Virus record (IMG/VR): IMGVR_UViG_3300033485_000302
Coordinates: 1 to 44,646 of that record
DNA: 44,646 nt
Origin: a virus
Lineage: Duplodnaviria; Caudoviricetes
Reading direction: 5' to 3' (one strand)
Shown here: positions 1 to 7,986 of the stretch, piece after piece
Numbering within the stretch: the stretch's first letter is position 1
Layout: each line of letters opens with the position of its first letter
The notes under the pieces: generated by a model
Databases searched by the model: none
Told to the model about the DNA's origin: nothing
Seen by the model: only the letters and a program-made list of their open reading frames with translations
Translations under genes and position numbers: made by a program

Positions 1-1
1 A

Positions 2-754
2 GACCCGTTACTGCAAAAGACCATTGATTCCCTGTTTGAGAGTTCGCAGTTAGGGGACAAACTTGAGGTAATAGCGGTTATGGATGGGTGCTGGACACCG
101 CTACGGGATGACGACAGGCTGACCATAGTTCACTTAGGACGTAACCGGGGCATGAGGGGGGCTATTAATGCCGGAGTGCGGGTAGCCAGAGGCGAGTTTA
201 TCATGCGGACTGACGAGCATTGTATGTTCGGGCCGGGATATGACCGGATATTAACTGATACCTGTGAACCCAACTGGATAGTCACAGCTACTAGGTATTT
301 CCTTGACCCGGTTGTATGGGAGCGGATGGATATGGAGCCGGTCAATTACGAGAAGCTGGTTATTCAGGATGGAGTTAAGTTTGCCGGACAACGCTGGAGC
401 AGTCGGGATGAGGAACGGAAAAACATAATGATTGACGAGACGATGGCTATGCAGGGCTCTATGTGGGTTATGCCTCATGCGTGGTGGGATAAGGTAATCG
501 GTGAGTTGCAGACTGAGGGCTACGGGCCGAGTTACCAAGACTCCCATGAGATGATATTTAAGACTTGGCAAGCCGGTGGCAAAATGATGTTAAACAAGAA
601 CACTTGGTTTGCACATAAGCACAGGATGTTTCCCCGGACCCATCAGGAAGGCAGCCCCGAAAACCCCTCTAAGCGTGAAAGCAGTTGGGCTTATGCCTTA
701 TCAGTGTGGAAAGATTACTACGAGAAGGAAGTGAGGCCAAAATGGGGGATATGA
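2..754 (+). CDS. GT-A glycosyltransferase, ppGalNAc-T (GT27)/GT2-like; 5'-truncated by window edge
   Basis: Frame is open from base 2 (DPLLQKTIDSLFESSQLGDKLEVIAVMDG...). Motifs N.GMRGAINAG, RTDEHC (DxH), ETMAMQGS, KTWQAGG, FAHKHR. Paralog of 6945..7910. Confidence 0.85.
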   Translation, partial: DPLLQKTIDSLFESSQLGDKLEVIAVMDGCWTPLRDDDRLTIVHLGRNRGMRGAINAGVRVARGEFIMRTDEHCMFGPGYDRILTDTCEPNWIVTATRYFLDPVVWERMDMEPVNYEKLVIQDGVKFAGQRWSSRDEERKNIMIDETMAMQGSMWVMPHAWWDKVIGELQTEGYGPSYQDSHEMIFKTWQAGGKMMLNKNTWFAHKHRMFPRTHQEGSPENPSKRESSWAYALSVWKDYYEKEVRPKWGI

Positions 755-1215
755 TACTACATATAGGATGTGAGAATAAATATTACGAAGGAATGATTAA
801 TAGTGATGTTGTAATAGATGAAAGAAAGAAACCTCGTAAATTGGACATGGTAATGGATGTTTCTAAACCATGGCCTTATAAAGACAATTCGGTTGATGGC
901 ATAATTTCCATGCACGTTTTACAACAACTTGTATGGCGAGATTTAGTATTTGCCATGAAAGAAGCTTATAGAGTTTTAAAAATTGGTGGAGTGATGCGTT
1001 TAGGAGTTCCAGCTATTGAGAATGATAAACCATTGGAGTATTTATTGGGTTGGAATAATGTTAATTTATTTAGTGTTGATCTTTTATCAAATGTGCTTTC
1101 GAAGATTGGATTTCTTCATGTAAAACTTTGTCATTATCAGGAATCAAAAGTCCCTCAATTTATTAAAGTTGATAATAGGCCTGAAGAAACTATTTATTTG
1201 GAGGTAGTTAAATGA
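751..1215 (+). CDS. Class I SAM-dependent methyltransferase (Methyltransf_11-like)
   Basis: LHIGC, D..KPWPYKDNSVDGI, EAYRVLKIGG. ATG 751 overlaps the upstream TGA (ATGA). Confidence 0.8.
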   Translation: MILHIGCENKYYEGMINSDVVIDERKKPRKLDMVMDVSKPWPYKDNSVDGIISMHVLQQLVWRDLVFAMKEAYRVLKIGGVMRLGVPAIENDKPLEYLLGWNNVNLFSVDLLSNVLSKIGFLHVKLCHYQESKVPQFIKVDNRPEETIYLEVVK

Positions 1216-2003
1216 GACGTCCTACTAAAATTAACTTTGAAAGTTCTACAAGCTGTAATGCCATGTGCACGTTTTGTCCAAGATACACTATGACGAGGAA
1301 GATGGGGCAGATGACTGATGAATTGTTTTACAAGATCATCAGGGAAGGCAAGGAAATGGGTGTTTACAATTACTCCCCATTTCTTAACGGTGAGCCGTTT
1401 GTGTTTCCCCGTATCTGGAAGTGGTTGGATTATATGGAGAAAGAAGGCGTGGGTGTAGGGCTATATACTAACGGTGAATTTATAGACGTTGACCGGATTA
1501 TCAGGTATAAGAACATCCGTTACATCAACTGCAGCGTCAATGCCGCCACTAAAGAGACTTATGACAAGGTAATGCGGAAGCCTAATTACGATAGGGTCAA
1601 GAAAAATGTGGATAACTTGTTTAAAAAGGCTCCTTTCATGGTCAGAACGTCCTTTGTGGTGACTGAGGATAACATCCATGAGGTTAAACAGTTTAAAAAG
1701 CAGTACAGAAGGACAAATATAGTGGGTTTTTATGACTGGACAGGCGATAAACACGACAAATACACCAGAAAAGGCGAAAAAGAACCTTGTTATGTGCTTT
1801 TACACCAGATGTTTGTTCTGTGGGACGGGAGAGTGGTAGCCTGTTGTCCCGATTATGACGCTAAACTCGTAATTGGTGACGCCAATAAAGAAAATTTAAA
1901 AGATATTTGGAAGAATAACGAGTGGATGAGGGCAAAACACGTTGCGGGCAAGTGGGATGAGATACCGATATGTAAAAACTGTAACTACAACACTAAATTA
2001 TGA
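1212..2003 (+). CDS. Radical SAM protein with C-terminal SPASM/twitch domain
   Basis: CNAMCTFC (CxxxCxxC), GEP, YTNG; C-terminal PC...WDGRVVACCPD...IGD...W...CKNC. Confidence 0.9.
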   Translation: MRRPTKINFESSTSCNAMCTFCPRYTMTRKMGQMTDELFYKIIREGKEMGVYNYSPFLNGEPFVFPRIWKWLDYMEKEGVGVGLYTNGEFIDVDRIIRYKNIRYINCSVNAATKETYDKVMRKPNYDRVKKNVDNLFKKAPFMVRTSFVVTEDNIHEVKQFKKQYRRTNIVGFYDWTGDKHDKYTRKGEKEPCYVLLHQMFVLWDGRVVACCPDYDAKLVIGDANKENLKDIWKNNEWMRAKHVAGKWDEIPICKNCNYNTKL

Positions 2004-2263
2004 AATGCGTATATGTCAGGTGGTGTGATGCCTGTAGCGACACAAACGGGTGGAAGTCGATTGAGGATGCCCTTTGCTGGGCTAACGGGGTTGAGTGGCT
2101 GGTAGAAACTACCGGTTGGGTGTTGAAAGAAACGAAATACTACTTGTTACTTGCTCAACAGCGCGGGGACTGGAAAGGCGGAGATGACTACCAGTACGCC
2201 AATTTAATGAAAATACCTAAGACTTGGATAAAACTAAGGGTGGATATAACCAGACACATATGA
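2000..2263 (+). CDS. Hypothetical phage protein
   Basis: ATGA-coupled at both ends; V.W.DA....W...T.GW pattern. Confidence 0.65.
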   Translation: MKCVYVRWCDACSDTNGWKSIEDALCWANGVEWLVETTGWVLKETKYYLLLAQQRGDWKGGDDYQYANLMKIPKTWIKLRVDITRHI

Positions 2264-2913
2264 ACGATTTAACAGTTATATTTCTGACAGTCAACAGAGT
2301 GCCTGAAGGCTGGGCTAAGTACCAGCGTCAGGTATTAGAGGAAGCCATAGGCGATACGCCCATTATCACTATTTCAAAGAAACCTTTGGATTGGGGCTTG
2401 AACTTGCTTCAGGACGGGGAGCCAAGCGTACCTAACATCTACAGGCAGATTTTGAGGGGCTGTAATGCCTCTAAAACGCCTTATATTGCCATAGCCGAGG
2501 ATGACACGCTCTACCACAAGAGTCACTTTGAGTACAGGCCACCAATGGACAGTTTTGCGTTTAATGGACATAGATTTGGTTTATTTACTTGGGGTAAGCC
2601 TATTTTTTATTTTAAAGACAGAATATCTAATGCTTGTATGATTGCACCACGTCAATTAGTTATAGATTCTTTAGAAGAACGGTTTAAAAAATACCCTCAT
2701 AATAATTTGGGTGAGTTGGGTAAAGAAAAAGGGACAAATATTGATAGAAGAAAAACGGTAATATTTGAATCTGAAATATCAGTTGTATATTTAAGTCATA
2801 AAAATTCTCTTGATCCAACAGAACAACATAAAAGTAAAAAGATGGGAACAGTTCAGGCAATAGAAATTCCATATTGGGGTAGAGCTGATTATATAAGGAG
2901 TAAATGGATATGA
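2260..2913 (+). CDS. GT-A fold glycosyltransferase-like protein (paralog family 1 of 3)
   Basis: YIAIAEDDTLY (DxD-like), PIITISKKP, C-terminal EIPYWGRA. Start moved to ATG 2260 (ATGA overlap). Confidence 0.7.
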   Translation: MNDLTVIFLTVNRVPEGWAKYQRQVLEEAIGDTPIITISKKPLDWGLNLLQDGEPSVPNIYRQILRGCNASKTPYIAIAEDDTLYHKSHFEYRPPMDSFAFNGHRFGLFTWGKPIFYFKDRISNACMIAPRQLVIDSLEERFKKYPHNNLGELGKEKGTNIDRRKTVIFESEISVVYLSHKNSLDPTEQHKSKKMGTVQAIEIPYWGRADYIRSKWI

Positions 2914-3521
2914 AGGTATGTTTTGATTTACATGATTTTAGTGTAGTTAATAATCGTTTATTGTGGTTATTAACATTAAAAGATAAATTTCCTAGTTTTA
3001 AGGTTTCATTATTTACTGTGCCTATTGATGAAAAACAAGATTGGGGACCGTACACGATTAAATCAGATTATTTAACTGAGATAAAAAAGAATTTAGATTG
3101 GATTCAGATAATACCTCATGGTTTGTACCACCTCCGTAATGAGTTTATCAACACGACCTATGAGGAGTTTAAGGAAGTTTTGAAAAAGATAGAGAAAGTG
3201 TTTGAAAATGACGGACTGCCTTTTGAGAAAGGTTTTTGCGCTCCGCACTGGCGTTGGAACGAGGGCGTGGTCAAAGCCCTAAACGAAACAGGTTGGTGGG
3301 GGGCTATTGATCCTAGACAATCTAAAATGTTAAAGACTAAGAAATACTATAAATATTCTCATTCGATTGATGCTATTGATTATTCTCAAAATGTATTAAA
3401 ACTTCATGGTCATATTTATGGAACTGATAATGATCTAGGTAAGTGTTTTGATAATTTATTGAAATTACCTGTAAATGTAGAGTGGCATTTTATTACAGAT
3501 TTTATTGAAGATAAATTATGA
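2910..3521 (+). CDS. Polysaccharide deacetylase-like (NodB/DUF2334-type) protein
   Basis: FDLHD, SLFTVP, PHGLYH, GFCAPHW, LHGH metal-site pattern; alternative start 2904. Confidence 0.7.
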   Translation: MKVCFDLHDFSVVNNRLLWLLTLKDKFPSFKVSLFTVPIDEKQDWGPYTIKSDYLTEIKKNLDWIQIIPHGLYHLRNEFINTTYEEFKEVLKKIEKVFENDGLPFEKGFCAPHWRWNEGVVKALNETGWWGAIDPRQSKMLKTKKYYKYSHSIDAIDYSQNVLKLHGHIYGTDNDLGKCFDNLLKLPVNVEWHFITDFIEDKL

Positions 3522-3564
3522 CAATTCATATAAGTAATATTGCAGAATTATATAGGAGGTTAGT

Positions 3565-4137
3565 ATGACATTGCTTTGTAAATTAGGTTTTAAATATGGT
3601 ACTGATAAATGTCCTCAGTATGATCATTCATATACACCCGTATATTTCAAGATGTTTAAAAATAGACGAAAGTTAGTCAAGAAAGTATTTGAGTTTGGTG
3701 TAGGCATACAGGAATCTATGAGAAATGTTCCTAATTATAAACCGGGTGCAAGTTTATATATGTGGCGGGATTTTTTCCCTAATGCTCAGATATACGGTGC
3801 AGATATATCTTCCGAAGCTATATTTAAAGACGATAGAATAGAAACTTTTTTATGTGATGAGATGGATAAGAAAGCGGTAACTAAACTTATTAAAAAAATT
3901 GGTAAGGATATTGATTTATTTGTTGATGACGCTACTCATTACTTAAATAATCAATATTATTTATGTAAATTAGTAATGCCTCTTTTGAAGAAAGATGTAA
4001 TTTATTCAATAGAAGATGTGCTTAATTCACGATTATTAGTTCGTAGATTAACACGGGATGGATATAGATGCGAAATTCCACCATTTAAAAGTTTAAAATA
4101 CCGTGATCGCATGGTTATTGTACAAAATAAAATATGA
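3565..4137 (+). CDS. SAM-dependent O-methyltransferase, sugar O-MTase-like
   Basis: KYGTDK..HSY, FEFGVG, SLYMWRDFFPNAQIYGADI, DLFVDDATH, IED; AGGAGG SD upstream. Confidence 0.8.
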   Translation: MTLLCKLGFKYGTDKCPQYDHSYTPVYFKMFKNRRKLVKKVFEFGVGIQESMRNVPNYKPGASLYMWRDFFPNAQIYGADISSEAIFKDDRIETFLCDEMDKKAVTKLIKKIGKDIDLFVDDATHYLNNQYYLCKLVMPLLKKDVIYSIEDVLNSRLLVRRLTRDGYRCEIPPFKSLKYRDRMVIVQNKI

Positions 4138-5054
4138 AACCATTTAATGTTTATCAGTATTTAGAGGGTGAAGAAATGACTGAACGGGATAAGATGGAAG
4201 TTGGGAGTAAGTTTTGGAATAAAGGCAAATGGGATAATTTTGTTTTACCATTTTTACCACAGGATTGTAGTGATATGACATTTATTGATATGGGATGTAA
4301 TAAGGGGTTATTTCTTAATTTAGCTCAGGAAAAAGGATTTAGAAATGTAATCGGGGTTGATGGGGATAAGGATGCGGTTGAAAAAGGTATTTTATGGAGA
4401 GATAGACATGGAAAATCATATAAATTGCTTAATTTAAAGATGGAAGAATGTATTGATCAATTACCTTTGGCAGATTATACAGTGTTTGCTAATTCTCATT
4501 ATTATTTCACTGTAAATGACTGGACTGATTATCTTGATGTATTACAATATAAAACCCGCTATGTGATTATTGTAACGGCTGAAAAACGGCATTTAAACAG
4601 ATGTTGGGCTTCTGCTGGTTTAGATGAAATCAGAAGTAATTTCAGATTTTGGAAGGAAGTTGGATTTATTGATGAATTACCAATTAAAGATGATCCTATG
4701 CCTCGTAGGTTATGGGGACTGTGTTTTGAAAGTCCACATTTAGAAAGAATTGAGATAAATAAGCTTGATTCCAGCAATCATGTTCAGGATAGTTTTTGGG
4801 GTGAACTTGATAATGGGATTGATTATCATAAAACTCATTATTATCGGATATTAATTAAATATAGAAGGCATTGGGGAGTGGAAAAACTGGATAAGTGGAT
4901 GGAAGAAAGAATTAGGATTTATAAAGACTTAAAAGAAAACGGATTAAAGAAACCTATACTAGTTGATTCAGGAATATTAATTTTAGATGGAAACCATAGG
5001 TATTCGGGTTTAAAACACTTGGGGTATAAAAATATCATTATCAGGCGGGTATGA
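4134..5054 (+). CDS. Class I methyltransferase fused to C-terminal ParB/Srx-like domain
   Basis: FIDMGCNKG, VIGVDGD; C-terminal LKENGLKKPILV...ILDGNHRY..LKHLG. Confidence 0.75.
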   Translation: MKPFNVYQYLEGEEMTERDKMEVGSKFWNKGKWDNFVLPFLPQDCSDMTFIDMGCNKGLFLNLAQEKGFRNVIGVDGDKDAVEKGILWRDRHGKSYKLLNLKMEECIDQLPLADYTVFANSHYYFTVNDWTDYLDVLQYKTRYVIIVTAEKRHLNRCWASAGLDEIRSNFRFWKEVGFIDELPIKDDPMPRRLWGLCFESPHLERIEINKLDSSNHVQDSFWGELDNGIDYHKTHYYRILIKYRRHWGVEKLDKWMEERIRIYKDLKENGLKKPILVDSGILILDGNHRYSGLKHLGYKNIIIRRV

Positions 5055-5695
5055 CAAAAACAATTATTTACATTACAAGTAATAGGGAAAATCCAAATTT
5101 CGAAGAAAAAATACAGGATGATTTGATTTTAAAAGCTGGAGGTATTCCGATTATAAGCGTGTCACAAAAACCTATTAATTTAGGGACTAATATCTGTGTA
5201 GGAGATGTAGGTACTTCCGGATATAATATCTGCCGTCAGATTTTAATTGGTTGTGAATATGCTAAAAGTGACTTTGTGATTAGTGCTGAAGCTGATTGTT
5301 TATATTCCCCGGATTATTTTAAATATATACCTGAGAAATTAAATGTTCCTTATAGAAATACAAATATTTATGTTCGTAAGTATAAACAGGATTATTTTTG
5401 TAAAAAAGATAGTTCTTTATTTGCTCAGATTGTAGGACGAGAATTTTTTATTAATAGGCTTAAAGAATTATTTGGAGATGGATTAATGTGGAATAAAGAT
5501 CTAAAGAATTGGCCTAAAGAATGGGGCAAGGTTTTATTTGATAAATTTGAATATTTTGAAACTAAATATCCCTGTATATCTTTTAAAACTGGCAGAGGAT
5601 TACGAAAACATAGTTCAACAAATGAAATAAAAATACCTGAAATTCCTTATTGGGGTAAAGCATCAGATTTAAGAAGGAAATATGAAGATAATTGA
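5051..5695 (+). CDS. GT-A fold glycosyltransferase-like protein (paralog family 2 of 3)
   Basis: PIISVSQKPINLGTN, FVISAEADCLY, EIPYWGKA. Confidence 0.7.
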   Translation: MTKTIIYITSNRENPNFEEKIQDDLILKAGGIPIISVSQKPINLGTNICVGDVGTSGYNICRQILIGCEYAKSDFVISAEADCLYSPDYFKYIPEKLNVPYRNTNIYVRKYKQDYFCKKDSSLFAQIVGREFFINRLKELFGDGLMWNKDLKNWPKEWGKVLFDKFEYFETKYPCISFKTGRGLRKHSSTNEIKIPEIPYWGKASDLRRKYEDN

Positions 5696-6302
5696 TGGAT
5701 TAAAGTTAAAAGGTAGGCCGGCAGAGATTCCTGATTGTAGTCGAAACGATATGCCTGAATTTTTTAAAAGTCAAGGATTTAAAGCCGGAGTAGAAGTTGG
5801 AGTTTTTGAAGGGGAATATACTGAAATATTGGCTAAATCGGGATTAAAAATATTTGGGGTTGATCCTTGGTTAGATTACGAAAATTATGTATATGGTAGA
5901 AATAACCAATCAAAACTTAACAAGTTGTATGAAAAAACAATTAAAAGATTAACTCCTTATCCTAATGTATATATTATTAGGAAAATGTCCATGGATGCAG
6001 TTAAGGATTTTGATGATAATAGTTTGGATTTTGTATATATTGACGCTAATCATAGGTTTAAGTATATAGCTGAAGATTTATGTGAATGGAGTTCTAAGGT
6101 TAAGATGGGCGGAATTATTTATGGGCATGATTATGCCTATTTTAGGCATAGATTTTTAGGTGGTGGATGTCAAGTTAAAGAAATAGTAGATGCTTTTGCT
6201 TTATCTTTTGATTTAGACTTCTGGATATTAGGCAGGAAGAAAGATAAAAACCGTGATCATTACAGGTCATGGATGTTTATAAAGACATGGGAAAACAAAT
6301 AA
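5682..6302 (+). CDS. Class I methyltransferase (Methyltransf_24-like)
   Basis: GVEVGVFEG, GVDPW, SLDFVYIDANH, GGIIYGHDY. Confidence 0.85.
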   Translation: MKIIDGLKLKGRPAEIPDCSRNDMPEFFKSQGFKAGVEVGVFEGEYTEILAKSGLKIFGVDPWLDYENYVYGRNNQSKLNKLYEKTIKRLTPYPNVYIIRKMSMDAVKDFDDNSLDFVYIDANHRFKYIAEDLCEWSSKVKMGGIIYGHDYAYFRHRFLGGGCQVKEIVDAFALSFDLDFWILGRKKDKNRDHYRSWMFIKTWENK

Positions 6303-6979
6303 TTTACTACACGGACAACAGGCTGGATGAGCCGATATTCTCGGAAGTCCAGAAACGGCTTTTAAATACCGGGCTTCCTATTGTCAGCGTGTCTCTTAGC
6401 CCGATTGACTTCGGTAATAATACGGTGGTTGAGGGTTATCCCGGAGCTTATACCATGCTCCACCAGATACTTACGGCTTTAAAGAACAGTTGGGAGGATT
6501 ATGTGTTTTTCTGTGAGCATGACGTCCTTTATCCCATGAGCCACTTTGACTTTACCCCGCCCAGAGACGACATATTCTACTACAACGCCCATGTGTGGCG
6601 GTGGGATTATCCTAAAGACAGGTTTGTGACCTATGACCGGCTGATTTCCCTGTCCTCGCTCTGCTGTAACCGGAAACTGGCTTTGAAACAGTATCAGGAC
6701 CGGATAGACAAAGTAAAAGATATGGGTTGGTACAAAGATGTTGCCCGTGACCCCGACTGGGCTAGGCTTATGGGGTTTGAGCCGGGGACTAAGAAGAAAA
6801 AGCGGGGGGGATTCAGTGATGACGACTTTGATACATGGAGCTCAAAAGACCCCATTATAGACATCAGGCATAATAAAACCTATTCCAAACGTAAAGTCAG
6901 TTTAAGCGACTTCAAACATCCGCCTGAGAACTGGAAGGAGGCTCATGGACTTATCAATCCTGATTCCTTCCCGAAATGA
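6287..6979 (+). CDS. GT-A fold glycosyltransferase-like protein (paralog family 3 of 3)
   Basis: IIYYTDN, PIVSVSLSPIDFGNN, VFFCEHDVLY. Start 6287 aligns with the N-terminus of 5051. Confidence 0.7.
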   Translation: MGKQIIYYTDNRLDEPIFSEVQKRLLNTGLPIVSVSLSPIDFGNNTVVEGYPGAYTMLHQILTALKNSWEDYVFFCEHDVLYPMSHFDFTPPRDDIFYYNAHVWRWDYPKDRFVTYDRLISLSSLCCNRKLALKQYQDRIDKVKDMGWYKDVARDPDWARLMGFEPGTKKKKRGGFSDDDFDTWSSKDPIIDIRHNKTYSKRKVSLSDFKHPPENWKEAHGLINPDSFPK

Positions 6980-7910
6980 GATGTTTCTTAAAAACACGAT
7001 AGAGGACGCCCTGAAAAACATAGAGGCTGATACCGAGATTATTGCTTTACTGGACGGGGTATGGGCTGATCCGGCTATAATCCAAAACGACAGGGTGAAT
7101 ATCATCCATGTCAATAGGCCCGTAGGACAAAGGGCGGGAACTAATATAGCCTGTAGGTTAAGCCGAGCTAAGTATATAATGAAAGTTGACGCCCATTGTT
7201 CTTTTGATCAGGGATTTGATAAGAAGATGCTGGAGTTTTTTAAGACTGTCGGGGATAACGTTACCGCAGTACCCATAATGAGAAACCTGTGGGCCTTCGA
7301 CTGGAAGTGCTACCACTGCGGGTGGAAGAAATATCAGGGGCCGACACCCGAAAAGTGCGGTCAGTGCGGGAAAAATGACCGAATTAAGCGGAAAATGCTG
7401 TGGATAGGGAAACATAATCCCCAGTCAACTTCCTATACTTTTGATTCCGAACCCCATTTCCAATACTTTGAAGATTGGAAGCACCGTCCCCAGTATGAAA
7501 AGGATAAAAGGGAAAAAGGCTACACTGAAACCATGAGCTTACAGGGGTCATGCTTCATGTGTACCCGTGATAAATACTGGGAGCTTGAGTTGTGTGATGA
7601 GAACTTAGGTAACTGGGGCAATCAGGGAATTGAAGTGGCGGTTAAGACTTGGCTTTCCGGGGGACAGGTACTAGTTAATCACAATACATGGTACGCCCAT
7701 ATGTTCAGGACTCAGGGTGGTGATTTTAGTTTCCCGTGGCCCGCAGGGGGGCGTGATACCCAAAGAACTAAAGACAATGTCAAGAATTTACTGTGGGGTG
7801 GGAAGTGGCCTAAACAGATCAGGAAGCTGTCATGGCTTATTGAGAAGTTTGCACCCGTCAAAGGATGGAGTGCCGAGGATATAAAGAAGCTAAAAGAAAT
7901 GGGAAATTAG
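6945..7910 (+). CDS. Polypeptide GalNAc-transferase-like (GT27/GT2) glycosyltransferase with CxxC-CxxC insert
   Basis: LSILIPSRNE, KVDAHC, ETMSLQGSCF, WGNQGIEV..KTWLSGG, YAHMFR...FSFP. Confidence 0.85.
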   Translation: MDLSILIPSRNEMFLKNTIEDALKNIEADTEIIALLDGVWADPAIIQNDRVNIIHVNRPVGQRAGTNIACRLSRAKYIMKVDAHCSFDQGFDKKMLEFFKTVGDNVTAVPIMRNLWAFDWKCYHCGWKKYQGPTPEKCGQCGKNDRIKRKMLWIGKHNPQSTSYTFDSEPHFQYFEDWKHRPQYEKDKREKGYTETMSLQGSCFMCTRDKYWELELCDENLGNWGNQGIEVAVKTWLSGGQVLVNHNTWYAHMFRTQGGDFSFPWPAGGRDTQRTKDNVKNLLWGGKWPKQIRKLSWLIEKFAPVKGWSAEDIKKLKEMGN

Positions 7911-7986
7911 ACTTAGTGGCAGTTTAGTGGTATTAGGTAATCGTCTATCGTCAATAGACGCAGGACACGTTGTGTGTCTTTTTTTT
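7908..7986 (+). promoter_or_regulatory. Repeated leader element copy 1 (promoter/hairpin/CAG/hairpin/U8)
   Basis: TAGACT-17-TATTAG-GTAAT; CGTCTA..TAGACG; CAG; GACAC-GTTGT-GTGTC; T8; ATG 7987. Confidence 0.75.

Noticed and set aside
7927-7986. ORF-track N-terminal extensions at 7927 (GTG) and 12011 (TTG)
   Set aside because: They run through the leader element and its T-tract; ATG 7987 and ATG 12050 are better starts.
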